A stretch of DNA of 64,000 nt from a virus, in IMG/VR virus record IMGVR_UViG_3300001687_001193; one strand, given 5' to 3'. Position numbers and translations under genes: made by a program. This document shows, piece after piece, positions 9,189 to 17,273 of this stretch (position 1 is the first letter of the stretch; each line of letters opens with the position of its first letter). Under the pieces are notes generated by a model, which worked only from the letters and a program-made list of their open reading frames with translations, made no database searches and was not told the origin of the DNA.

Positions 9189-9327
9189 TAGGATGCGTCA
9201 AAGGAGAAAACCTGGTAGAGGACCTCGGAAGCTGCGCCTTTCTATGAATAAGCCTGGCAGGGGGCCAAGGAAGCGAAGCATTTCTATGGGCAAACCGGGT
9301 AGATCTGGCAGGAAGATAGGAGAATAA
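9172..9327 (+). CDS. small highly basic peptide built from three imperfect repeats KPGRGPRKxRxSM (alternative start 9193)
   Basis: AAGGAG RBS 6 nt before the ATG at 9172. Translation is MQRLNSRMRQRRKPGRGPRKLRLSMNKPGRGPRKRSISMGKPGRSGRKIGE. The underlying DNA has a roughly 42-bp period repeated three times (9209-9327). Absent from the ORF track because it is below 60 aa. Confidence 0.4.
   Translation: MQRLNSRMRQRRKPGRGPRKLRLSMNKPGRGPRKRSISMGKPGRSGRKIGE
9209..9327 (+). repeat. three imperfect tandem repeats of ~42 bp (coding the KPGRGPRK peptide repeats)
   Basis: CCTGGTAGAGGACCTCGGAAGCTGCGCCTTTCTATGAATAAG / CCTGGCAGGGGGCCAAGGAAGCGAAGCATTTCTATGGGCAAA / CCGGGTAGATCTGGCAGGAAGATAGG... Confidence 0.5.
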
Positions 9328-9330
9328 TTA

Positions 9331-9540
9331 ATGGATAAGGATTGCGGCTTTGCACTTATATATATCGACCCAGGTGATAAAAATTTGTCTACAGCACACT
9401 TTGAGTCGAGGGAAAAGCTTTATGACTTTCTTCTTCAGAACGAACTTGAGGTAGATACGTGTATAGTATTGAGGGGCAAGCCAGAGCTTATGACATTGCG
9501 ATACAGTTTTGATCTTGACCCGTCTGATTATAATTATTAA
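9331..9540 (+). CDS. hypothetical acidic protein
   Basis: ATG three bases after the stop of the upstream peptide ORF. Confidence 0.35.
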   Translation: MDKDCGFALIYIDPGDKNLSTAHFESREKLYDFLLQNELEVDTCIVLRGKPELMTLRYSFDLDPSDYNY

Positions 9541-9550
9541 GGATGAAGAT

Positions 9551-9808
9551 ATGCACCAAGCATTTTCCCCTACACGGACATATGTAATAGTAGACTTTGA
9601 TGATCGTGCAATCAGGGTATGTCACACAAGGAAAGAATTTGACGAGGCTTTGCAGGAATTAGCCGATGAACTTGGCGAGGACGCCAAACCAAACCTTGAA
9701 GATAGAACGCTATTTGCATTTATTAGTGGCGAAAAGATTAGAGAAATCGAGCCTACGGTAAAGTATAAGATAACGGTAGAACTTCCGGAGGAAAACAATG
9801 AGCGATAG
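9551..9808 (+). CDS. hypothetical protein
   Basis: In-frame ATG at 9551 with a GGATGAAG RBS-like sequence. The track start at 9509 overlaps the upstream gene. Confidence 0.35.
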   Translation: MHQAFSPTRTYVIVDFDDRAIRVCHTRKEFDEALQELADELGEDAKPNLEDRTLFAFISGEKIREIEPTVKYKITVELPEENNER

Positions 9809-10586
9809 CATCAATATAAATGAATTGTTTGAAGAGGCGCAAGACGAAGGGCTGCTTTCTCCAGACTCAGCGCAGGTACTAACTGTACATGACATCGGAG
9901 CCCAAATCCAAGCAGGTCTTGGTGTTAATGTAGACGATGTGCAAGCCAGCGAGGTAGTGCTCGTTACCATGATGCCTGACGATTCTGGGTCGATACGGTT
10001 CGCTGGAAACGCCCAGGCGATACGCGATGGACATAATCTGGTCATAAATGCACTCAGGGACTCAAAACAAAAGGATAGTATCCTAGTACATACTCGTTAT
10101 CTGAATGGCGACGTGCTATATCCATATTGTTCACTGGATCAAGCCATCGAGATGGACTCGTCTAACTATGACCCAAATCTTGGCACTCCGCTTTACGATC
10201 AGTCGGTGGTGATGCTTGGAACGGTTCTCGCTAAGACCAAGGAGTTTGCCGACAACGGTGTACCCGTACGTACCGTTTCATTGATACTGACTGACGGAAG
10301 CGATCAGCATTCGCATCTCCACAGGCCGAGGGATGTGGAAAAGATCGTGAATGACATGTTGACGTCAGAGAACCACATCGTTGCCGCGATGGGTATCGAA
10401 GATGGTCATACCGATTTCCAGCGCGTCTTTAGGGAGATGGGCCTTAGGGATGAATGGATCCTCACGCCTGGGGATGATGCTAGTAGCATTCGTAGAGCGT
10501 TCCAGGTGTTTAGCCAGTCTGCGGTGCGTGCCAGTCAAGGCGCCGTAAGCTTTAGTAAAACTGCCATGGGCGGTTTTGGGAGTTAA
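9798..10586 (+). CDS. von Willebrand factor A (vWA) domain protein
   Basis: MIDAS motif DxSGS is present as MMPDDSGSI. The downstream LILTDGSDQ fits the vWA TDG motif. Confidence 0.5.
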   Translation: MSDSININELFEEAQDEGLLSPDSAQVLTVHDIGAQIQAGLGVNVDDVQASEVVLVTMMPDDSGSIRFAGNAQAIRDGHNLVINALRDSKQKDSILVHTRYLNGDVLYPYCSLDQAIEMDSSNYDPNLGTPLYDQSVVMLGTVLAKTKEFADNGVPVRTVSLILTDGSDQHSHLHRPRDVEKIVNDMLTSENHIVAAMGIEDGHTDFQRVFREMGLRDEWILTPGDDASSIRRAFQVFSQSAVRASQGAVSFSKTAMGGFGS

Positions 10587-10836
10587 GATGTCTGAAGGAA
10601 AGAAGTTTGGAATGGGGGCTCTGCCTCCGCCCGGCCTTGAATGGCAAATGGGAAAGACTGCCGCATCGATATTTTTTGTGAAAGAAGCCGAGAGCGCAAT
10701 CGGTTGGCTGTTGAGCCAAATTGAGGCAGTTAAAAAGGGCGAGCTTGTTCTCTACGACGAGGTAAGTGTGGAGGCACCATTAGTATATGGCTGGGAAAGG
10801 GCTCTTCAAAAGCCAGATCCGTTTGATGAGGCGTAA
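10576..10836 (+). CDS. hypothetical protein
   Basis: ORF overlapping the vWA gene end. Confidence 0.3.
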   Translation: MGVKMSEGKKFGMGALPPPGLEWQMGKTAASIFFVKEAESAIGWLLSQIEAVKKGELVLYDEVSVEAPLVYGWERALQKPDPFDEA

Positions 10837-11022
10837 GGTAGTTTACCATCGAATATATGGATGGAGAAAATATATTCTCTGTTGGAGAAACGTTGGACGA
10901 GAATGGTGATAAAGCCATCGATGTTGTCGCTAAAGATGTGTCTGGAATACCAAAAGAATACAGGGGTTTCAAAGTTGTTGCTATAGAGGGAGATAGGCCA
11001 GTCGCACTCTAGAAAAACTACG

Positions 11023-11045
11023 GGTGGGGTCGTAAGGCCCCACCC
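11023..11045 (+). other. GC-rich hairpin GGGTGGGG-N8-CCCCACCC in an intergenic region, not followed by a U-run
   Basis: Inverted repeat seen directly in the sequence. The downstream flank is ATAAATAAA, so it is not a canonical terminator. Confidence 0.3.
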
Positions 11046-11087
11046 ATAAATAAAGGCCGCTTTGCTGTCAAGGAAGATGTATTATGT

Positions 11088-11354
11088 GTGGCGACTTTCA
11101 GGAGAAACAATACAGTTAAGAACTTATTGATAAGGGAAAAACTTATAGAATACAAATGTGATATATGTGAACAAGAATCCACTTGGAATGGCGAACCTTT
11201 AACATTGGAATTGGATCATATTGATGGGAATGCCTTCGATAATAGGATAGAAAACCTAAGATTTTTGTGTCCTAATTGCCATTCACAAACGCCCACGAGC
11301 AAGGGTAAAAACACTAAAGGAATCAAAAAATGTCGCAAGGAGAAAAAAGAGTAG
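11088..11354 (+). mobile_element. HNH homing-type endonuclease (free-standing)
   Basis: CDICEQE...LELDHIDGNAFDNRIENLRFLCPNCHSQ shows the HNH motif with flanking Cys pairs. It sits in its own intergenic island. Confidence 0.65.
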
Positions 11355-11452
11355 TCGGGGGGAAAATATTCTTCTCTGCCGACTACCATTAGCGTTTTCT
11401 ACATCACAATATCCTCAAATATTGTAACAGACCCTTCGCGTCTGTCTTCGAT

Positions 11453-11929
11453 ATGAATGAGGATATAATAGCAAACCATAACAAGGTTGTGTCCCCCGAA
11501 GACGATGTATATATTTTAGGGGATGTTGCCTTTGGCAACAATCCGAAGGTGGCACGCGAATTGGTTTCTAGGTTAAATGGGAATCTTCATTTGATCGCAG
11601 GGAATCATGATAAAAAGTTCATAAAACAGTGTGCCGGCCTTGCCATTATCCTACCTCCTTTATACGAGTTGTATGTCAGTGACCCAACCGCACACGGAAA
11701 TAAAAGACTGGTGGTGTTATGTCATTATGCTATGCGTGTGTGGAATAAAAGCCATTGGGGTATGAAATCTTCCATACAACTATACGGTCACTCTCATGGC
11801 TCCTTGGAATATGATAATCCGTCAGCCAGCATGGATGTTGGTGTAGACAATGCTGCAAGACTGCTTGGAGAATACAGACCGTTTTCATATGAAGAAGTAG
11901 TCACGTTTATTGGAAAGAAGATGGAATAA
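11453..11929 (+). CDS. calcineurin-like metallophosphoesterase (lambda-PPase / RNA-repair phosphatase-like)
   Basis: GDVAFG (GDxxxRG-like) and IAGNHD (GNHD/E) motifs are present. A HSHG block follows later. Confidence 0.55.
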   Translation: MNEDIIANHNKVVSPEDDVYILGDVAFGNNPKVARELVSRLNGNLHLIAGNHDKKFIKQCAGLAIILPPLYELYVSDPTAHGNKRLVVLCHYAMRVWNKSHWGMKSSIQLYGHSHGSLEYDNPSASMDVGVDNAARLLGEYRPFSYEEVVTFIGKKME

Positions 11930-11932
11930 AAA

Positions 11933-12499
11933 ATGCAACTTAAAGCTGCTGTAATTCATACAGGGTACGTCGAGGATGCGGCAGTCCAGGGGGTTGCCGT
12001 TTACAACGATAAAGGGTTTGATTCTGTGGAAGAATTGTTGGGAGCGTTCGGCAAATCAGTAATCGACGCTTATTGGAGCAGTACACAGCACCATCGTAAA
12101 CTTGATGAGTGTTGTGTGGCGGCCAAAGAAGAGAATTTTGAGCACAAGCGTTGCCATGAATGTGGCAAATTTTTACAACGGGACTCTTCACCAACAGAAG
12201 ATCAGGGGATTCGTTATTGCGATGAGTTTTTAAGGGGTACTTGTGATTCTATAGGATATGTGTGGGATGACATTGAGAAAGATGGTTGGGAATTTTGGTC
12301 TTTCAGGCCTGTGTTCCTAGAAAATATCTATGTCGATGTTCATTCATATGGTGCTGAATTAATGTGGCATTGTGCGTATGGTCAGGTAGGGTCTAATCCT
12401 AATATCGACGTCCCTTATGCGGCAGTACTTGACCACCATGTCGCGATTATATCGCGCAAGAACTTCAAACGGATGCCCACCATTTATAAGCGGCAGTAA
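11933..12499 (+). CDS. hypothetical protein with a CHECGKF Zn-binding-like element
   Basis: ORF 4 nt after the upstream stop. Confidence 0.35.
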   Translation: MQLKAAVIHTGYVEDAAVQGVAVYNDKGFDSVEELLGAFGKSVIDAYWSSTQHHRKLDECCVAAKEENFEHKRCHECGKFLQRDSSPTEDQGIRYCDEFLRGTCDSIGYVWDDIEKDGWEFWSFRPVFLENIYVDVHSYGAELMWHCAYGQVGSNPNIDVPYAAVLDHHVAIISRKNFKRMPTIYKRQ

Positions 12500-12560
12500 C
12501 TAATAGGAAATTTTATTCAAAATTGTCCTGATCTTGCTAGAGACTTGGCCAGGTGTTTAA

Positions 12561-12815
12561 ATGAGCGAGACAAACAGTCTGGAGCGTCATATGAAGAAAC
12601 GTCCGATTGACATTCTGCGCGAGAGCGATGGGCGTGCCGACTTGGTGGAAAAGGCTGTAGCGATGCATGATGCGTGTCCCCATTGCAAAGGCTGCGGAGG
12701 AGAAACATACTACCCGGAGTGCCCGTGTTCAGAGTGCGGTTTTACTGTCTTCGATTCTTTCGGAGTAGAAGAAGTGCATAGGATAAAGAAGGAGGGTAGG
12801 AGATGTGGCGGTTAG
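12561..12815 (+). CDS. small Zn-ribbon protein
   Basis: CPHCKGCGG...CPCSECG carries two CxxC pairs. Confidence 0.35.
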   Translation: MSETNSLERHMKKRPIDILRESDGRADLVEKAVAMHDACPHCKGCGGETYYPECPCSECGFTVFDSFGVEEVHRIKKEGRRCGG

Positions 12816-12880
12816 CGTTGGTACCACTGATCCCAATAGTAATTGCACTAAGAATATTTGGTGGAGAAAGAAGATTGTAA

Positions 12881-13567
12881 ATGAATAATAATATCGAGAC
12901 TCTCCGAGTCACATCGAAGATACCGCTTCGATTTAAGATCGATGCGCTGTTGCTGCCAGCTTTATTTTTGTGGAAGTTTGGAATCGTGGGTATATTATAC
13001 TATGCAATTGTATTTATCTCCCTGCTCGTCCACGAATACGCACATGTTTGGGCCGCTCTTAAACGTGACGTGGAGACAGTTAGGGTAGTTGTTCATGCAT
13101 TTGGAGCGGCGGCCCTTATGCGTCCGGAGAATTCGACGTTAAACTACAAGAACGAATTTGCCATCGCCATTGCGGGGCCGATTGCCTCGTTTGTTTTAGG
13201 TATTGTTTTCCTTGTCCCGTACCTTGCTTCTATAAACGGACCGTTTAACGTGATAATGATATGTGCTTTTTTGAATTTAGGTCTTGGTGTCTTTAATATG
13301 TTGCCGATGTATCCGTCTGACGGCGGAAGGATCCTGAATTCTATCCTGTCGCGATTTGTCGGGTACACGCGAGCAGTAAAAATCTCGACGATAGTTGCCT
13401 ATGTCGTTGCAGGGGCTTTAATAGTTCTGGGGTTATGTATTAAACATTATTTCCTGATTGGTGTCTCCATTTTTGTAATAATTCTCGCCAATATAAATAG
13501 ACGTACCGTATTGGGACATATAGAAGCCCTCAAAAGCATGGGCGTACGACCTGTGAGGCGGGTATGA
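12881..13567 (+). CDS. site-2 protease-like (M50-family) intramembrane metalloprotease
   Basis: The HExxH motif lies in a transmembrane segment (LLVHEYAHVWAA). The second M50 motif LPxxPxDGG is present as MLPMYPSDGGRI. The protein has multiple transmembrane segments. Confidence 0.55.
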   Translation: MNNNIETLRVTSKIPLRFKIDALLLPALFLWKFGIVGILYYAIVFISLLVHEYAHVWAALKRDVETVRVVVHAFGAAALMRPENSTLNYKNEFAIAIAGPIASFVLGIVFLVPYLASINGPFNVIMICAFLNLGLGVFNMLPMYPSDGGRILNSILSRFVGYTRAVKISTIVAYVVAGALIVLGLCIKHYFLIGVSIFVIILANINRRTVLGHIEALKSMGVRPVRRV

Positions 13568-13749
13568 GTTTTCGTAGAATGATGTTCTACTCAGGCATGA
13601 CTGGACTGTGTGGTGCCATAGCTTTCGATTTAAATCATCCTGCGGCATATATTATGTTCGCAGTCATATTTATAAGCTGGTTTCTACGTATGCACGAATA
13701 TGCAAAAGAGTGTAAGGCCCAAGGAAAATTGCGACCAAGGAGAAAATAA
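13564..13749 (+). CDS. small membrane protein
   Basis: Hydrophobic helices. 4-nt overlap with the upstream gene. Confidence 0.3.
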   Translation: MSFRRMMFYSGMTGLCGAIAFDLNHPAAYIMFAVIFISWFLRMHEYAKECKAQGKLRPRRK

Positions 13750-13881
13750 TGGACTCCGAAAAGATTGCCGACGCCATTAAGGCTGCGGGATGGTATATTG
13801 CCATCGCTATTGTTATTGGATTCCAATATCATGCGTGTATGACAATGGGCCACTAACAGGTAATAGAGGTAGGTTTAGTTT

Positions 13882-14019
13882 ATGCTATTAAATGATTTGC
13901 AATCAAAGGGTTTGATCCATCCTCCACCGTGGCTCGCCAGTACTACTCATTATCTTTGTCAGATGGGCTCGGTGGCATATGGAGTTGCTGGTGACGACTC
14001 CGACTCATTAAAATGTTAG
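13882..14019 (+). pseudogene. truncated paralogue (first ~45 codons) of the nucleotidyltransferase gene at 15327
   Basis: Translation MLLNDLQSKGLIHPPPWLASTTHYLCQMGSVAYGVAGDDSDSLKC* is about 80% identical to the N-terminus of the 15327 product (MLLNKLQSKGLIHPPPWLPDSTHYLCLMGSVAYGVAGDDSDSDIYG). It then terminates. The nucleotide sequences have diverged, and it has its own GAGGTAGG RBS. Confidence 0.45.
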
Positions 14020-14064
14020 AGAATTCGGGCGTACGACCAGTACGTTAATAGTTGGAGAAATATA

Positions 14065-14964
14065 ATGGCCGAGATCTTATTCTGTAGCGATGTAATACAT
14101 AAACATATGGTAGAAGAAGACTATCATGCTGAACTTAAAGCGGTAGACGAATTGAACATTCCCTACAGTTTATTTGACCTCGATGAATTTGAAGAAGGAA
14201 CTAGTTTAGTATCTATCAAGAACATAAAACGATCAGATGAAATAAGACAAGTTATTTACCGTGGATGGATGCTAAACGCGCGATCATATGCTGCGCTGTA
14301 CAATCTTCTCCTATCGAAAAAAAACGTAGCACTTATTAATACGCCTGAAGAATATCGATTCTGTCATCATCTCCCAGATTGCTATAAAGTGATAGAAGGC
14401 AAAACTCCGAAAAGTGTTTGGATATCTCGATTGCCAATATCAAAGATAGCATTAATTATTGATGATGTTCTGAAGCCATTCGGCAAAAAGCCTATCATTT
14501 TAAAAGATTATGTAAAGTCAGCTAAACATTATTGGGACACAGCATGTTTCATCCCAGACGCTTCCGATATTAATAAAGTAATCGCGACTATAGAAGAATT
14601 CCATAAAATCAGGGATGGGATAACTGGCGGACTTGTGTTCAGAGAATATATTGAGTTGGAGCAGATAGGAACTCATCCTATAAGTAAGATCCCGATCTCT
14701 AAGGAATATAGATTATTCTTTTTGAACGGTGAAATTATTGATATTTCTCCATATTGGGAAGAAGGAGAGTATGATCTAGAGCTTCCGCCTGTTCATGAAG
14801 CCGAAGCCATAGCGAAGAAAGTAAAGAGTAAGTTCTTCAGTATGGATGTAGCTAAAACGTGTTCTGGTTATTGGGTAATTATTGAACTTGGTGACGGTCA
14901 GGTCTCTGGCTTGCCTGTTGGGTGTGATATTAAAAAGTTCTATGCTAAGCTTAAAGAGGAATAA
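14065..14964 (+). CDS. ATP-grasp fold protein
   Basis: KPFGKKPIILKDY resembles the ATP-binding Lys region. GGLVFREYIE, EYRLFFLNGEII and SGYWVIIELGDGQVSG resemble the ATP-grasp core strands. Confidence 0.45.
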   Translation: MAEILFCSDVIHKHMVEEDYHAELKAVDELNIPYSLFDLDEFEEGTSLVSIKNIKRSDEIRQVIYRGWMLNARSYAALYNLLLSKKNVALINTPEEYRFCHHLPDCYKVIEGKTPKSVWISRLPISKIALIIDDVLKPFGKKPIILKDYVKSAKHYWDTACFIPDASDINKVIATIEEFHKIRDGITGGLVFREYIELEQIGTHPISKIPISKEYRLFFLNGEIIDISPYWEEGEYDLELPPVHEAEAIAKKVKSKFFSMDVAKTCSGYWVIIELGDGQVSGLPVGCDIKKFYAKLKEE

Positions 14965-14979
14965 TAAAAGGAGAGATAT

Positions 14980-15180
14980 ATGTTGACAACTAATCCATCC
15001 GCCCAAGTAGCTGCCAAAAAGCTATATGAAGAAACGGCGAAGAATCAAACTGGTATTAAAAATATCAAGATTAGGACACTCCTCAAGCGTTTTGGGTATC
15101 TTAAAAGATCACAGGAAAGCACGGCTCAAATAACTTTACTTCTCAAGGAACGGACAGCATCAAACAGCTTCTATCGATAG
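14980..15180 (+). CDS. hypothetical basic protein, possibly the N-terminal part of a frameshifted gene whose C-terminal part continues in the +2 frame at 15134-15326
   Basis: Frame A ends with ...LLKERTASNSFYR*. The +2 frame continues without a start codon as ...IDSSLGYIKDNIQWVHKDINWAKRALSQKDFIKLCSEVHMYFNNKER*. This resembles the (x)NLQWVt tail of HNH/AP2-type homing endonuclease DNA-binding regions. Confidence 0.3.
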   Translation: MLTTNPSAQVAAKKLYEETAKNQTGIKNIKIRTLLKRFGYLKRSQESTAQITLLLKERTASNSFYR

Positions 15181-15326
15181 GATTGATTCCAGTTTGGGCT
15201 ACATAAAAGACAATATACAATGGGTCCATAAAGATATCAATTGGGCTAAAAGAGCGCTGAGTCAAAAAGATTTCATAAAGCTTTGTTCCGAAGTACATAT
15301 GTATTTCAACAATAAAGAGAGATGAT

Positions 15327-16232
15327 GTGTTATTAAATAAACTACAATCGAAAGGCTTAATTCACCCACCTCCGTGGCTACCTGATTCTACGCATTACCT
15401 TTGTTTAATGGGAAGTGTAGCCTACGGCGTAGCCGGGGATGATTCTGATTCGGACATATATGGCTGGGCTATACCCATGAAGGAAATGATTTTTCCCCAT
15501 TTGGCAGGCGAAATCCCAGGATTTGGGAAGCAGATTCAAAGGTTTCAGCAATGGCAAGAACACCACATTAAGGATGAAAGTGCTGGAAAGGAATATGATT
15601 TTGCTGTATATAATATTGTAAAATATTTCCAACTCGCTGCCGAAAATAACCCAAATTTAATAGATAGTCTTTTCGTCCCAGAGAGGTGCGTGCTTCACTG
15701 TAATGCTATCGGAAACATTGTCCGAGAAAACAGAAAGATCTTCTTACACAAGGGGTGCTGGCATAAGTTTCGTGGCTATGCCTATTCGCAACTACATAAG
15801 ATGTCCATCAAAACTCCTGAGCCCGGCAGCAAGAGGGCTGCTGTCGTAGAAAAATTTGGCTATGACGTTAAATTTGGATATCATTTGGTTAGACTGATGT
15901 ACGAAGTTGAGGAGATATTAACTACTGGTGATCTTCATCTCGACCAGAATAGTGAAGTTTTAAAGGCTATACGTAGGGGTGAGTGGTCTCAAGAACGTGT
16001 TGAAAAGTTCTTCGAGCAAAAAGAACATGCATTAAATGAAGCATACGAGAAATCTAAGCTGCCATATGGTCCGAGAGAAGGGGAGATCAAGAAATTATTA
16101 CTTAGATGTCTTGAGCACCATTTTGGATCGCTCAAAGATGCTTATGTAGAGCCGGATAGATATAAAAACGCTATAATAGATATTATGGAGACTTGCAGCA
16201 TTGTTTTGACAGGAGTTAACCATGATGCCTAA
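15327..16232 (+). CDS. nucleotidyltransferase-fold protein (minimal NTase / RlaP-like)
   Basis: GTG start after an AGAGAG RBS. GSVAYGVAGDDSDSDIYGW fits GSxxxGxxxxxSDxD of Pol-beta-superfamily NTases. Confidence 0.45.
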   Translation: MLLNKLQSKGLIHPPPWLPDSTHYLCLMGSVAYGVAGDDSDSDIYGWAIPMKEMIFPHLAGEIPGFGKQIQRFQQWQEHHIKDESAGKEYDFAVYNIVKYFQLAAENNPNLIDSLFVPERCVLHCNAIGNIVRENRKIFLHKGCWHKFRGYAYSQLHKMSIKTPEPGSKRAAVVEKFGYDVKFGYHLVRLMYEVEEILTTGDLHLDQNSEVLKAIRRGEWSQERVEKFFEQKEHALNEAYEKSKLPYGPREGEIKKLLLRCLEHHFGSLKDAYVEPDRYKNAIIDIMETCSIVLTGVNHDA

Positions 16233-16605
16233 GGCTGGAGATATTGTTAGACTTTCGTCAGAGCTTTTCGACGTGTTGCGGGCGTGTGGCGATGGCTCTT
16301 GGTCTGTGTTCAAAGGCTGCGATTTGGAAGTAACGAAGGTAGTAGCGCAAAGTATCACAAACTGTTTTTTCGTCTTCTTGATAAGAGTGGACGGAAAAAC
16401 TGTCGACCATATACACTTTATAACTACACATGAAGATGGGTCTAAGACGATCGGCGCTCAGGTGGTTCGCCGGGTTTTCGTTAAAGTTAATGAGAAGACG
16501 GCTTGCATATCATTCTGCACATGTGAAAACCCGGAGTTTGTAGTCACCGGTATAGGCTCTCTCTCGTTCGAAGTTTGTAGAAAATGTAAATGTGAAAGGA
16601 AGTAA
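16222..16605 (+). CDS. hypothetical protein
   Basis: ORF overlapping the upstream gene by 11 nt. Confidence 0.35.
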   Translation: MMPKAGDIVRLSSELFDVLRACGDGSWSVFKGCDLEVTKVVAQSITNCFFVFLIRVDGKTVDHIHFITTHEDGSKTIGAQVVRRVFVKVNEKTACISFCTCENPEFVVTGIGSLSFEVCRKCKCERK

Positions 16606-16849
16606 AATGTTAACATTTTTTCTGATGTTTATGTGCGGACTACTGTATTTAGGTGGTATGTTTCTTTCTGTTATGCCATTTTATAATTCCTATATAAATC
16701 ATCGAAGTAGAAAATATAAGGCAAGATTTTGGCTTGTGTCCCCAGTGATCGTATTATTTCTACCTCTCTTCTTCGTAGTAAAAGGACTCTGTACGTTATT
16801 AAGAGATGCTTTCGGAAAGGAAGATAGTGATGCACAAAATAACAGTTGA
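16592..16849 (+). CDS. small membrane protein
   Basis: Two hydrophobic helices. Confidence 0.35.
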   Translation: MKGSKMLTFFLMFMCGLLYLGGMFLSVMPFYNSYINHRSRKYKARFWLVSPVIVLFLPLFFVVKGLCTLLRDAFGKEDSDAQNNS

Positions 16850-17270
16850 ATTACTAATCAAAGTAAGTGTGATATTTTTCGTCATTGCGATTGTGTTAAG
16901 TTCGTTGTTTGGATGCGGCGGCGAGCCGCCAGATAGGATTGCTACAAGAGACGGTACGCCGATCGTTCGAGGGCAACCAATGGAGCCATATTGTGGAGAC
17001 TTTATATGTGATGAAACTGGAGGGGAAAACTACTGGAATTGTTTAGATTGTGTCGACATTAATGGGTGGCCGACACACGGCCATTGCGGCGATGGTATAT
17101 GCTATAACGAGTCTATGACTGATTGTTGGGAGGATTGCCGACCCACAGAACTGAACACCGATAGTTTGCAGTACGGACCAGGTGGATCATTACCAGATCC
17201 GCCAGCAACCAGTCTACAGATGGAAAAATTCCATCGCGTTTTTAACAAGAAGTTTTACCAAGGAGAATAG
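16806..17270 (+). CDS. secreted or membrane-anchored Cys-rich protein
   Basis: N-terminal signal/TM segment ending at LFGCGG (possible lipobox). Cys-rich repeats follow: CGDFICDETGGENYWNCLDCVD...HCGDGICYNES..DCWEDC. Confidence 0.4.
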   Translation: MLSERKIVMHKITVELLIKVSVIFFVIAIVLSSLFGCGGEPPDRIATRDGTPIVRGQPMEPYCGDFICDETGGENYWNCLDCVDINGWPTHGHCGDGICYNESMTDCWEDCRPTELNTDSLQYGPGGSLPDPPATSLQMEKFHRVFNKKFYQGE

Positions 17271-17273
17271 AAT

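Noticed and set aside
10857-11011. Small 51-aa ORF (MDGENIFSVGETLDENGDKAIDVV...) in the intergenic region before the HNH gene
   Set aside because: The RBS is weak, the ORF is short, and there is no motif. It is possibly real but unsupported.
11023-11045. Terminator call for the GGGTGGGG...CCCCACCC hairpin
   Set aside because: The hairpin is followed by ATAAATAAA and not a U-run on the + strand, and there is no minus-strand gene to terminate. It is kept only as a hairpin feature.
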